From NCBI GenBank assembly GCA_034520665.1, contig JAXHNJ010000001.1:258579-322578 (forward strand): a stretch of DNA of 64,000 bases. The letters run 5' to 3'. Source of the DNA: Patescibacteria group bacterium. Its GTDB lineage: Bacteria; Patescibacteriota; Patescibacteriia; JAXHNJ01. The first letter of the stretch is position 1. Each line of letters starts with the position of its first letter. Positions 46,915 to 57,001 of this stretch are shown piece by piece. Under the pieces are notes generated by a model, which saw nothing but the letters and a program-made list of their open reading frames with translations, was not told the origin of the DNA and searched no databases. Made by a program: the position numbers and the translations under genes.

Positions 46915-47334
46915 ATGAAACAAACCAAAAAATTCCTGTTGGTTGAGGACGAAGATTTAACCAGGCAAATGTATGAAGATGCTTTTAAAAAGAAGTACTA
47001 TTATTTATATTCAGTTAAAAATAAAAAAAAAGCTTTAAAAAAAATCAAAGAAATTAAACCGGGGGTGGTTATTTTGGATCTTTTGATTCCAGAAGAAAAA
47101 GAAAAGCTGGGTCCGCTGGATCTGCGCACACCAGTCGGGTTGGATATTTTAAAAACGATTAGAAAAGATAAGGATTTACCAAAAACCAAAGTAGTCGTTT
47201 TAACGGCTCTGGATAATGAGCAAATCAAAATGACTGCTCAGGCGGCCGGAGCTGACGGTTATTTTATCAAAACTGCTATGACTCCGGACGAATTTGCTGA
47301 TAAAGTAATTAAACTGGCGGAAGCTGAAAATTAG
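46915..47334 (+). CDS. single-domain response regulator
   Basis: LLVEDE, ILDLLIP, VLTA, GADGYFIK. Confidence 0.88.
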   Translation: MKQTKKFLLVEDEDLTRQMYEDAFKKKYYYLYSVKNKKKALKKIKEIKPGVVILDLLIPEEKEKLGPLDLRTPVGLDILKTIRKDKDLPKTKVVVLTALDNEQIKMTAQAAGADGYFIKTAMTPDEFADKVIKLAEAEN

Positions 47335-47399
47335 GTGTCTAATTGATAATTTTTAAATAAAAAATAACTAGTATCTTTTTTTAGGATTGCTTTTATTTC

Positions 47400-47487
47400 A
47401 CCATTTCGACCGAGGACGCTAGGACGAGTGGAGAAATCCTTTTATATTCTATAATTAAAGGATCTCTCGATTTTGCTCGAGATGGTA
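47400..47487. repeat. palindromic MITE/REP-like element
   Basis: ACCATTTCGA..GAGAAATCCTT / AAGGATCTCTC..TCGAGATGGT. Confidence 0.55.
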
Positions 47488-47530
47488 ATAATTTGTAAAA
47501 CCGGGCAAAATATTGTATAATAAGTTTAAT

Positions 47531-48499
47531 ATGAAGCTACAAGATATATACCGGCTTATCAAGGGATTAGAGAAAAAATACCAGATTTTTGCCCCGCAGG
47601 AAATTGATAACCGTCTTTTATTTGAAGAGCTAAAAAACCCTAAAGATTTTGATTACTCCGGCAAAATTCCGGAGAATTCTTTTAAACATATTCTTTTTCC
47701 AGATGGTCATGTTTTGTATGAATATGAGGGTACTAAAATAAAGCCAGTTAAATACAAATCACCAGACCTGGCTTTATTAGGTATGACTATTTTTGATATG
47801 AAGGCACTGGATTTTCTTAAACACGCCCTGGAAAAAGACCCTTATTTTCAGGCCCGAATCAGAAAAATGGTTGTTATTGGCCAGTCATACGTGCCTGAGA
47901 AAGGAGATTTTGCTGACGAAATTGAAAAAAATTACGAAGATAATGTTTTAGAGCACATTCAGTTTGATATTTTTATAAAGAGAGTGAATAAAGACAGATT
48001 CAAGCTTTACACCGGTTCGCAGAAGGGTCAGAAAATATTGGAATTTTTAGGGCTTGAGGACTATGAACATATTCAGTATCGCAGTCTGCTTTGTCATCTT
48101 GAGCCGGCCCAAACTAATAAAGAAAATATTATTAAAACTAAAGGTAAAAAAGTTTGGCAGACATGGGGCGACAAATGCCTTGGCTGTACCAAGTGTACGG
48201 TTAGTTGCCCGACCTGTTATTGTTATCAGCTTGAGCACGTGCCGACCGGTGAAAATAAAGGCAAAGTAGTGCGCCGCTGGTCCAGTTGTTTTATGGAAGA
48301 GTTTTCTGAAATTGCCGGCGGCCAGGTTTTCTTAGAAACCACCGGCGATAAAATTTATAACTGGTATTATCATAAACATGTACGTAATCATGATGAGCTT
48401 TGTATTGTCGGCTGCACAGGCTGCGGCCGTTGTGATAAGGTCTGCCCGGCTGGTATTAAACGCCTGGATGTTTTAAATTCATTGAAAAAAAATGAATAA
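47531..48499 (+). CDS. group 3b NiFe hydrogenase beta subunit (AsrA-like 4Fe-4S)
   Basis: CLGCTKCTVSCPTCYC and CTGCGRCDKVCP. Confidence 0.85.
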   Translation: MKLQDIYRLIKGLEKKYQIFAPQEIDNRLLFEELKNPKDFDYSGKIPENSFKHILFPDGHVLYEYEGTKIKPVKYKSPDLALLGMTIFDMKALDFLKHALEKDPYFQARIRKMVVIGQSYVPEKGDFADEIEKNYEDNVLEHIQFDIFIKRVNKDRFKLYTGSQKGQKILEFLGLEDYEHIQYRSLLCHLEPAQTNKENIIKTKGKKVWQTWGDKCLGCTKCTVSCPTCYCYQLEHVPTGENKGKVVRRWSSCFMEEFSEIAGGQVFLETTGDKIYNWYYHKHVRNHDELCIVGCTGCGRCDKVCPAGIKRLDVLNSLKKNE

Positions 48500-48884
48500 T
48501 ATTGCCGGTGTAATAATTAAAAAGAATAATAAATATTTATTAGTTCAAGAAAAAAAGAAGAAAGTTTACGGTTTATGGAATTGGCCAGCGGGGCACATTG
48601 AAGAAGGAGAGACTCCGCAAGAAACGGCTATTCGTGAAACTAAAGAGGAAACCGGATATAAAGTAAAATTGATAAAAGAGATTAAAGATATTAAAACCAA
48701 AAAGAATATTAAAGCTTATCTCTATCAAGGAAAAATAACTGGAGGAAAAGAAGATTATCCAAAAAATGAAATATTGAAAATTAAATGGTTAGACAAAAAG
48801 GATATTGAAGAGATGAAAGATAAGCTAAGGCACTCGTGGGTATTAGAAGGCCTCAATAAATTAGAAAAATCTATTGGTAATTAA
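48492..48884 (+). CDS. NUDIX hydrolase
   Basis: PAGHIEEGETPQETAIRETKEETG. Confidence 0.9.
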   Translation: MNNIAGVIIKKNNKYLLVQEKKKKVYGLWNWPAGHIEEGETPQETAIRETKEETGYKVKLIKEIKDIKTKKNIKAYLYQGKITGGKEDYPKNEILKIKWLDKKDIEEMKDKLRHSWVLEGLNKLEKSIGN

Positions 48885-48913
48885 AAATAATTGTTTACAA
48901 ACAAATAATTAAT

Positions 48914-49744
48914 ATGAAGAATTTATTTATACCCCAAGAAGTGAAAGTTCTAAAAGTAGAAAAAGATTCTATTGATACTAAGTTATTTACACTAGCTTTC
49001 GCTGATAAAAAGCAGCCAAAAGACTTTTCTTTTGAGCACGGTCAGTTTATGATGTTTGGTTTGCCTGGGTCTGGCGAGGCCGCTTTTGATATTTGCTCGG
49101 GTTCCAAAAATAATGAAAAGTTTTTTCAGCTCAACGTACGTCTAGTCGGTAAAGTAACTAAAAAATTACATGAACTAAAAAAGGGTGATCGGGCTTGGGT
49201 CCGGGGACCGTTTGGTCGGGGCTTTCCGCTCAATAAAATTAAAAATAGGAATTTACTGCTCATTGGCGGCGGCTGCGGCAGTGTCACTTTGCGCTCCCTT
49301 ATTTTAGACCATCTGGACGGCCGGTTAAATCCGAAAAATAAAGTACAGGTTTTTTACGGCTGTCAGAATCAAAAGACTTTGCAGTTTACCGATGAATATA
49401 AGGATTGGCAAAAGAAAGTTGATTTAAATATTATTTTGGAAAAACCGAAAAAATCATGGTCTGGCGATAAAGGTTTGATAACCAACCTTTTTAAGAAAAA
49501 AGAGGTGGTGCCTGTTCCGGTGGCCATAATTTGTGGACCGCCGGTTATGTATAAGTTTGTTATTGCTGAGTTAAAGAAGCTGAATATTAAAGACGAAGAT
49601 ATTTATGTTTCTCTAGAACGGCGTATGTCCTGCGGCACCGGCACTTGTCAGCATTGCGCTATTGGCTCTAAGTATGTTTGCCAGGACGGACCGGTCTTTT
49701 CTTTGTCAGAAATTGGTGACAATTATATGATGGACGCTTATTAG
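48914..49744 (+). CDS. group 3b hydrogenase gamma subunit (FAD/NAD-binding, 2Fe-2S)
   Basis: GQFM, RGPFGRGF, GGGCG, CGPPVM, ERRMSCGTGTCQHC..CQDGPVF. Confidence 0.9.
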   Translation: MKNLFIPQEVKVLKVEKDSIDTKLFTLAFADKKQPKDFSFEHGQFMMFGLPGSGEAAFDICSGSKNNEKFFQLNVRLVGKVTKKLHELKKGDRAWVRGPFGRGFPLNKIKNRNLLLIGGGCGSVTLRSLILDHLDGRLNPKNKVQVFYGCQNQKTLQFTDEYKDWQKKVDLNIILEKPKKSWSGDKGLITNLFKKKEVVPVPVAIICGPPVMYKFVIAELKKLNIKDEDIYVSLERRMSCGTGTCQHCAIGSKYVCQDGPVFSLSEIGDNYMMDAY

Positions 49745-49834
49745 AGAATGTATAATGTAAAATCTATAATTTATAATTTTCAGAATGATAAAGATCATTA
49801 TTAATTATACATTTTAAATTGTAAATTAAAAATC

Positions 49835-50041
49835 GTGTGCTTTTCAATCCCCGGAAAAATTAAATCAAAAAAAGGAAAAAATATTTTTATTGAATACGAT
49901 TTTGGTTTGAAAAAAGTAAAAAATTCTCTATGCCCGGTAAAAAAAGGGGACTGGGTCTTAGTCCAGTCAGATATCATTGTCAAAAAAATAAAAGCTGATC
50001 AAGCTAAAGAAATATTATCTTTAATTGGCTTATCAAATTAA
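49835..50041 (+). CDS. hypC: HypC/HupF hydrogenase chaperone
   Basis: MCFSIPGKI..GDWVLV. Confidence 0.8.
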   Translation: MCFSIPGKIKSKKGKNIFIEYDFGLKKVKNSLCPVKKGDWVLVQSDIIVKKIKADQAKEILSLIGLSN

Positions 50042-50103
50042 TCGAGAGGCCAAGCAATCAATATATTAAGTTATTAAGAAAATAATTAATTTAAAATAAT
50101 TTT

Positions 50104-51021
50104 ATGAAAAAAGGATATTTATTAGTCAGTTTAACCGCTTTAATTTCCGGATTTTCAATTTATTTGAGCAAATTCGGACTGAGTGTGGTAAACCCTTATA
50201 TTTTTACCACTTTTAAAAATGTAGTGGTGGCTTTTTTCCTGCTTAGTTTAATTTTACTTTTTAGAAAATGGTCAAAAATAAAGGCTTTGAATAGAAAGCA
50301 AGTATTTAAACTTATATTAGTCGGTTTGATAGGCGGTAGTTTGCCTTTTCTTTTGTTCTTTAAAGGATTGACTCTTACTTCAGCCGTTCACGGCTCTTTT
50401 ATTCATAAAACTATGTTTGTCTGGGCCGGTCTTTTAGCCGTGATATTTTTAAAAGAAAAGATCAACAAAAAATTATTTTTTGGCATTATCTTTTTGCTTT
50501 TAGGTACTGCTCTGGTGATGCAAATAAATCCCAGCCCCTTAAATCTGGGTGACGCTATGATTGGCCTGGCAGTATTATTCTGGGCTGGCGAGCAAGTTTT
50601 AGCCAAGCATTTATTAAAAAATATTTCTTCACTAATTGTTGGATGGGGCCGGATGTTTTTTGGCTCACTTTTACTCATTTTATTTTTATGGGGAAGAGGA
50701 GAAATTTCTTACTTAACCCAGATAAATTCTAGTCAATTAATCTGGACTTTAGTAACTGCTGGCTTGCTTTTGTTTTATGTTTTAAGTTGGTACGCCGGCC
50801 TAAAAAGACTGCCGGTTAGCACTGCTTGTTGCTTTTTAGCTTTGGGGGCTCCGGTGACTTTATTGCTTTCACTTATTTTTGAACAAAAAGTAATCAGTTT
50901 AGAACAAATCTTTGGACTGTCTTTAATCTTTTTAGCCTTTATATTAATTATTGATATTAGAAAAATAATTAGTTCATCAAAAATAAAAAATGTCTCAAAA
51001 AGGATTGAAACTAGCGGTTAA
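50104..51021 (+). CDS. DMT/EamA transporter
   Basis: 10-TM pattern with two EamA repeats (FLKEKI). Confidence 0.85.
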   Translation: MKKGYLLVSLTALISGFSIYLSKFGLSVVNPYIFTTFKNVVVAFFLLSLILLFRKWSKIKALNRKQVFKLILVGLIGGSLPFLLFFKGLTLTSAVHGSFIHKTMFVWAGLLAVIFLKEKINKKLFFGIIFLLLGTALVMQINPSPLNLGDAMIGLAVLFWAGEQVLAKHLLKNISSLIVGWGRMFFGSLLLILFLWGRGEISYLTQINSSQLIWTLVTAGLLLFYVLSWYAGLKRLPVSTACCFLALGAPVTLLLSLIFEQKVISLEQIFGLSLIFLAFILIIDIRKIISSSKIKNVSKRIETSG

Positions 51022-51727
51022 ATATTCATATCGGCCCTTTATCCTCGGCTTTTGCGGCCCGCAAAAAAATCAGTATCATAAAATTCTCACTAATTATCTT
51101 TTAGGTGCGAAAGTTAAAAATGAGGCTATTGAAGCCATATTGCATCAATTTGTCGGCGCCTTTCCTTATTATGTTTTAATTGCCTGGAAAAATAATATTA
51201 AAGATGTTTTTGATCATCGGGTAGTTGAAGCTTATTGGCTGGGTAATTCACTCTTGTATAAGGTAAAACGGCAGGATATTGGAGTCATGATAATTACTTA
51301 TTTTCTGCGCCTGGGCTGGATAGATATGAAACGAGCTAAAGAAATTATTAGCTCTATGCCCCAAGGAGTTAAACCGCATCACACTTTTCACGTCTTTTTT
51401 ATGGGTTCGGTCACTGACACGATCCAAATAAAAGGTCGGGCGATTGACCGATGCCGTATTGGCTGGGGAGAAGTGACACAAGTAAAAAAGGAAAAATTAA
51501 TGATCAAAGCTAATTCTTTAAGTAGTAAATCAAAACTGCGCCTGCAAGCTAAAGAAAAATTTCAATTACCTTATGAAACTAATTTTACCCAAAAAATTAA
51601 AAAAGGAGATAGAGTGACTTATCACTGGGGTATGGTCGTAGATAAAATTAATAAGCGTCAGAAAAAAAATTTAGAAAAATACACTAAACTTAATTTAAAA
51701 CTTTATAATGCCAGTCAAAAAAAATAA
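50990..51727 (+). CDS. DUF6390-like hydrogenase-associated protein
   Basis: GFCGP, VVEAYWLGN, PHHTFHV, CRIGWG, HWG. Confidence 0.7.
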   Translation: MSQKGLKLAVKYSYRPFILGFCGPQKNQYHKILTNYLLGAKVKNEAIEAILHQFVGAFPYYVLIAWKNNIKDVFDHRVVEAYWLGNSLLYKVKRQDIGVMIITYFLRLGWIDMKRAKEIISSMPQGVKPHHTFHVFFMGSVTDTIQIKGRAIDRCRIGWGEVTQVKKEKLMIKANSLSSKSKLRLQAKEKFQLPYETNFTQKIKKGDRVTYHWGMVVDKINKRQKKNLEKYTKLNLKLYNASQKK

Positions 51728-52466
51728 AAAAATATTATCCATAATTTCTTTAACCTGCTGTGAAGGCTGTCAGTTTGCTATTTTAGATCTAGGTGAGAAA
51801 ATGTTGAAGCTTTTTAAGCACTATGATGTCAGAGAATTTCATTTGATACAAGATGATAAAAAAGCCAAAGCAGTTGATGTGATTATAGTCGAAGGCACGC
51901 CGATCACTAAAGAAAATTTTAAGAAATTAAAAAAAGCCCGTCAGAAAGCCAAGTATTTAATTGCTCTGGGCTCCTGCGCTCATTTGGGTGGTATCCAGCA
52001 GATAAAAAATTACGGGGATAAAAAAAAGCACCTGGATTACGTTTATGATAAGCCGGCCGGTATTAATAATCCTGAGATAAAGCCGATTAGTCATTTTGTG
52101 AAGGTTGATTTTACTATACCGGGCTGTCCGATTAACAATAAAGAATTTTTAAGAGTGATGTATGACTTAGCTCAGGACAAAATCCCTCACATTGAAGACA
52201 AGGCGGTTTGCTGGGAGTGTCAGCTGCGCGGCAATGAATGTCTCTTGCAAAAAGGCCTGCCTTGCTATGGTCCGGTTTCTCTGGGCGGCTGCCAAGCGGT
52301 TTGCCCGACACACGGCTTTCCCTGTTACGCCTGTAGAGGTCCCATTAAAAAGCCTAATGTTAAGTCTTTGCGCCAAATATTTAAAAAACACGGATTGGAA
52401 AAAGATTTTGAAATTTTGATGCAGGAGTTTGGCGCGGCCGATGAAATATTAAAAAAAGAAAAATAA
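51708..52466 (+). CDS. NiFe hydrogenase small (delta) subunit
   Basis: TCCEGC, GSCA, PGCP, C-terminal Cys cluster. Confidence 0.9.
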   Translation: MPVKKNKKILSIISLTCCEGCQFAILDLGEKMLKLFKHYDVREFHLIQDDKKAKAVDVIIVEGTPITKENFKKLKKARQKAKYLIALGSCAHLGGIQQIKNYGDKKKHLDYVYDKPAGINNPEIKPISHFVKVDFTIPGCPINNKEFLRVMYDLAQDKIPHIEDKAVCWECQLRGNECLLQKGLPCYGPVSLGGCQAVCPTHGFPCYACRGPIKKPNVKSLRQIFKKHGLEKDFEILMQEFGAADEILKKEK

Positions 52467-52496
52467 TTGATATAATTTATTATTAAATTTAAAATT

Positions 52497-52922
52497 ATGG
52501 AAAAAAAATCACATCAGGAAATTATAAATTTCCTTAAAAGTCAAAAAAATCTTTATCTTATGTGGATGATTGTACTGGTAGCTGAAATAGCCGCTTTGCT
52601 TTACACTGTCATCAATCTGATAGCTGTATTATCGGCTGGATCAGGCGAATTTAGTCAATCAGCTATTGGTTTTTCTATGGTCATCATTTCTTTTGCTTTG
52701 GTTATTCTGCTTTCAATAGTTATAATCTGGGGGATTTATAAAGTAGAGAAGTGGGTAATTTGGCTTTGGGTAGTTTCTCTAATAATTAGTTTAGGCTCTT
52801 TTGACTGGACTTGGGTTATACATTTAGCTTTGTTTCTAATTTATTATAAAGTGGTAAAAGAAGTTAATAAATTTAAAGAAACAGAAAAAAGTCCCACATA
52901 TAAAGAGTCAGCTGTTGAATAG
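52497..52922 (+). CDS. membrane protein
   Basis: 4-TM hydrophobic ORF. Confidence 0.7.
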   Translation: MEKKSHQEIINFLKSQKNLYLMWMIVLVAEIAALLYTVINLIAVLSAGSGEFSQSAIGFSMVIISFALVILLSIVIIWGIYKVEKWVIWLWVVSLIISLGSFDWTWVIHLALFLIYYKVVKEVNKFKETEKSPTYKESAVE

Positions 52923-52944
52923 ACATTTTTTTAAAGATTAATTT

Positions 52945-54195
52945 ATGCGTATAAAAATAAATCACATATCAAAAATAGAAGGACACGCCGGATTTGAAGC
53001 TGAGCTTTATTCCGGCCGGATCAAAAATGCTTTAGTCGAAACTAAAGAAGGAGCCCGTCTGGTGGAAAGTATATTGCGAGGGCGGGACTATCACGAAGCT
53101 TTTGTGGTCACGCAGAGAATCTGCGGGGTTTGTCCAGTGGTTCATAATCTGACCGCTATTAAAGCCATGGAAAATGCTTTAGGTGTGAAAATATCTGCCC
53201 CTAACAAACTTTTAAGAAAAGTGTTGGAAAACGGACAGATTATTCAAAGCCACGCCTTGCACGCTTATTTTATGGCCGTTGGCGATTATTTTGGTTTAGA
53301 CAGTGCTTTGGATCTGGTTAAAAAATTTCCGGAAATTTCTCAAAAAGCTTTAAAAGTTAGAGAGTTGGGCAATAAAAGCATTGATTATATTGGCGGACGG
53401 ACCATTCATCCTTTAAGGACTAAAGTTGGCGGTTTTACTAAGTTGCCGGATCAGGAAAAACTTGAGTGGATTATTGATAATACCAGTCAAGCTATTGAAA
53501 CTGCTTTAAAAATTGTTGAGCTTTATAAAAAAATAAAATTTCCAGAATTTGAAAGAAAGACAGAATTTCTTGCTTTAAAAAACTCCGAGGAATACGCTAT
53601 TTATGAGGGTCATATTGCCACTACTGATGGCCTAAATATTCCAGTTGAAAAGTTTGAGCATAATATTAAAGAAATACAAATTCCTTATCAGATGGCTAAG
53701 CGGGCTCAGTATAAAGGAAAGCCGTACATGGTTGGAGCCATAGCCCGGATGCATTTGTCAAAAAATAAACTGCGGCCAAAAGCTAAAAAATTAATTAAAG
53801 AATTACCTAAATTTCCCATTTATAATAATTTTTACAATCTTTTTTGCCAGGCCATTGAAATGGTACATTTGCTTGAAGATAGCCAAATTCGTCTGAAAAA
53901 ATATTTGAAAATGAAATCAGGTAAAGCTTCGGTTGATTTTAAAGTAAAAAACGGCCAGGGAGTCGGTTCAGTAGAAGCTCCGCGCGGTACTTTATACCAT
54001 TATTATGAATTAGATAAGCAGGGTAAGATAAAGAATTGTAACATTATTACCCCGACCGTACAGATGCTATCTAACCTGGAAGCGGACTTGGCTCAATGGA
54101 TACCGGCCATGAAATATAAAAAGATTGAAAAAGAAGAAAAAATAAAAATGCTAATCAGAGCCTATGATCCCTGTATTACCTGCGCTACTCATTAA
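52945..54195 (+). CDS. NiFe hydrogenase large (alpha) subunit, group 3b-like
   Basis: KIEGH, RICGVCPVVH (L1), EAPRG, RAYDPCITCATH (L2). Confidence 0.93.
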   Translation: MRIKINHISKIEGHAGFEAELYSGRIKNALVETKEGARLVESILRGRDYHEAFVVTQRICGVCPVVHNLTAIKAMENALGVKISAPNKLLRKVLENGQIIQSHALHAYFMAVGDYFGLDSALDLVKKFPEISQKALKVRELGNKSIDYIGGRTIHPLRTKVGGFTKLPDQEKLEWIIDNTSQAIETALKIVELYKKIKFPEFERKTEFLALKNSEEYAIYEGHIATTDGLNIPVEKFEHNIKEIQIPYQMAKRAQYKGKPYMVGAIARMHLSKNKLRPKAKKLIKELPKFPIYNNFYNLFCQAIEMVHLLEDSQIRLKKYLKMKSGKASVDFKVKNGQGVGSVEAPRGTLYHYYELDKQGKIKNCNIITPTVQMLSNLEADLAQWIPAMKYKKIEKEEKIKMLIRAYDPCITCATH

Positions 54196-54302
54196 TCGTC
54201 GCTATCGCTAACGCTAGTTTGATCGCTTAGCTCGTTTAAATCGTTAAAAGCGTAAATTTTTAAAAAAATAATTATAAATTATAAATTAAACATTATAGAC
54301 AC

Positions 54303-54566
54303 ATGCATGATTTAATGGTGGCTAAACAAATTTACGAACTTATTGTTCGCTATTCTCACCGCAATAAGTTTACTCAGGTCAAGAAGGTGGATATTGAAGT
54401 CGGTCAGGTCAAGCACGAAGATCATTTTGATGATATTGAACCGAAGAACTTAAAAAAGAATATTAAAATGATGGCAGAAGACCCGGAAACTAAAGGTATG
54501 GAAATTGAAGTTAAAAAAGTTAAGGGCCGTGGATACCGACTGGTCTCTATTGAAGGCGATAAATAG
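54303..54566 (+). CDS. hypA: HypA-like nickel chaperone lacking zinc-finger cysteines
   Basis: MHD start, V.IEVG, GR...LVSIE end. Confidence 0.65.
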   Translation: MHDLMVAKQIYELIVRYSHRNKFTQVKKVDIEVGQVKHEDHFDDIEPKNLKKNIKMMAEDPETKGMEIEVKKVKGRGYRLVSIEGDK

Positions 54567-54654
54567 TATTTGACAAATAGTTAATTATTATTTAAGTTAA
54601 AATACTTAAAATTAATTTTTTGTTCTTTTAAGTTTCAGCACGAGGAGGTGTCTG

Positions 54655-55242
54655 ATGAAACGCTGTTTTGTGATAATGTTGGCGGTGATAATTTTAGTAC
54701 CGCTTTCAGTGAAAGCTGAAAAACCGGCTATGGGTCAGTGGGGCTTTACTTATGGCGTTTTCAACAACAATTTTGCCTGCCGTCAAGGGTTGAATGATTT
54801 TCACGTAATGGGAGCCCAATTCTATTTTCCAGTTAACCGGTATGTGGCTTTTGGTCCGAGCGGACTTTATAACGGTGTAGATTCTAGCTGGCCAGAGCTT
54901 TCCCATACGGATGGCTTGAATGTTGATTATTGGCAAACTAGCCTGGATATAAAAATATCCACTTTTCCCTATAAGTTGATTAATCCATTTCTTATTTTTC
55001 ATCTGGGAGCTTACGATCTGGCTCTGGAAAATGAGGGTTTATCAAATATTCAGGTTAATGAGGGCACTCATACTTTTATGGCCGGTACTTTCGGCGTTGA
55101 ATTTTCGTTGGATCAGTTTGTCTTGGGAGCCCGGGCTACGGCTATGACTTTTGAAAAAATAAAATTTGGAGTAAATCCAGGCACAGAAACAGATATAAAT
55201 GTGATTTATCAAGCTTTTCTAGGTTTTCATTATAAGCTTTGA
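54655..55242 (+). CDS. secreted OmpA/OmpW-like beta-barrel protein
   Basis: GAGGAGGTG RBS, AxA-type signal peptide, alternating beta strands, ends FLGFHYKL. Confidence 0.55.
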   Translation: MKRCFVIMLAVIILVPLSVKAEKPAMGQWGFTYGVFNNNFACRQGLNDFHVMGAQFYFPVNRYVAFGPSGLYNGVDSSWPELSHTDGLNVDYWQTSLDIKISTFPYKLINPFLIFHLGAYDLALENEGLSNIQVNEGTHTFMAGTFGVEFSLDQFVLGARATAMTFEKIKFGVNPGTETDINVIYQAFLGFHYKL

Positions 55243-55261
55243 TTTTTTCCTGCTTTCTTCT

Positions 55262-55296
55262 ACTACCCCTGCTTTTTTGAGTAGGGGTTTTTTATT
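55262..55296 (+). terminator. intrinsic terminator
   Basis: ACCCCTGCTT-loop-GAGTAGGGGT TTTTT. Confidence 0.7.
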
Positions 55297-55309
55297 TTAA
55301 TAATTATAA

Positions 55310-56400
55310 AACGCGGAGATAAATTTTTTACTTACGCAAAAATAAACATCTCTATCCGCGTAGCTGGAGATTTATCTCCAGATTCATCTTTTAAAGCCTA
55401 TTAATTTTTCTTTTAGTCTCATCATTCCGATAATAATTACGATAACCTGAATATTTATAATCTTTGGGGTTTTTAAAGCTTTTATAAAAGACTCTATTAT
55501 TTTATCCGCGAGAAGAACTGGTCCCCAGACCGGTTCTGACAATATATTTAATAAGCTCAGACTTCTTGGTAAATTAGAGATTTAATAATCTATTTTGCTC
55601 GAGAAGGTTGGATCTCCTGATCCAACCGAATAAGGTGACGCGGATCAGAAGATCCGCGCTTCTCGGGTAATTTTAAGGGCTTCCTTGGCAGTTTGTTTTA
55701 TACTAGGTAGTTTCCAATGGCTTTTTTATTCCAAACCCACCACCAAAACCTTACTAGCTGCTATAACCATAACCAATTAGCAAAAAAGAGGGTTTTGGGC
55801 CGAGCCGCTAGTTTGGTTATTAGGCTGAGTCAATGGTTTTTTATTCCAAACCCACAACCAAAACCTTACTAGCTGCTATAACCATAACTAATTAGCAAAA
55901 CATAAATCGCCGGATAAATCCGGCGCCAGGCTATTAAATAATATAAAATATAATTTGGTGCAACATTCATATGGCGATATTTTAAAAAAGGTTTTTTCGC
56001 GAGAAGAACTGGTCCCCAGACCGGTTCTGGCAATATATTTACTAAGCTCAGACTTCTCGGTAAATTAGAGATTTAATAATCTATTTTTCTCGAGAAGGTT
56101 GGATCTCCTGATCCAACCGAATAAGGTGACGCGGATCAGGAGATCCGCGCTTCTCGGGTAATTTTAAGGGCTTCCTTGCCAGCTTGTTTTATACTAGGTA
56201 GATGCGGTGCGGGCCATGACCCGCCTCTAGGCCTGGTTCATTAATATTAAAAATAAATTTAAACAAAAGCATAATATTTGAATATTTAATATATAGCGGA
56301 AATAAAGATTCCCGCCTAGGCGATTTTATTTAAACGCGAAAATAAATCTTTTGCCTACGCCAAAACAAACATCTTTACCACGTCGGTGGAGATTTATCTC
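55310..56400. repeat. noncoding REP/palindrome cluster with nested duplications
   Basis: 55507-55710 repeated at 55998-56201; 55715-55785 repeated at 55831-55900; hairpins preceded by CGAGAAG. Confidence 0.8.
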
Positions 56401-56677
56401 TTTTTTAGGAAGAGTAAGGATTTTCACTGTAATATAGACAAAGATGGAAAGCTTGCTTGCCAAGCCTCTCTTTAGGTCACTACTTCAGAGGGTAAAATTC
56501 GCCCCAAATTATGAAAGGAAAATAGCTTACCGGCTATGATCTAAGAGCATATAAACAGAAAATCTTGCCTTCAAGCCGTAGTTTCCCGTAGGGAGGCAAG
56601 GCTTGACAGAATTAATATTTTGTGTAAAATAATAATTAATTAGTTTTTAGCGTTCTTTATAAAAAAGAGTTTTTATT

Positions 56678-57001
56678 ATGATAAAATCATCAGCAAAAAT
56701 TGGTAAAGATTGTATTGAAATAATAAATACTGATTTCGCTGGATTGGAAATTAATCTTAACCCCCAAAAAACAACAATTGGAAAATCCATTAAAAATAAT
56801 ATATGTTTAGATGATCCTTTGATTTCTGATAAACAGGCTGTTATTTTTCGGAAAAACAGAATTTTCTATTTGGAAGTTATTAATTTTGAAAATAAAGTTT
56901 TTGTTAATAATAATGTAGTTGATAAAAAATATTTATTAGCAAACGGAGATATAATTAAAATTGGTAAATTTGAATTATTATTTAAATCAATTTTTTCTTA
57001 G
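56678..57001 (+). CDS. FHA-domain protein (degenerate)
   Basis: TTIGKS, ISDKQA, FVN, L.NGDIIKIG. Confidence 0.65.
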   Translation: MIKSSAKIGKDCIEIINTDFAGLEINLNPQKTTIGKSIKNNICLDDPLISDKQAVIFRKNRIFYLEVINFENKVFVNNNVVDKKYLLANGDIIKIGKFELLFKSIFS

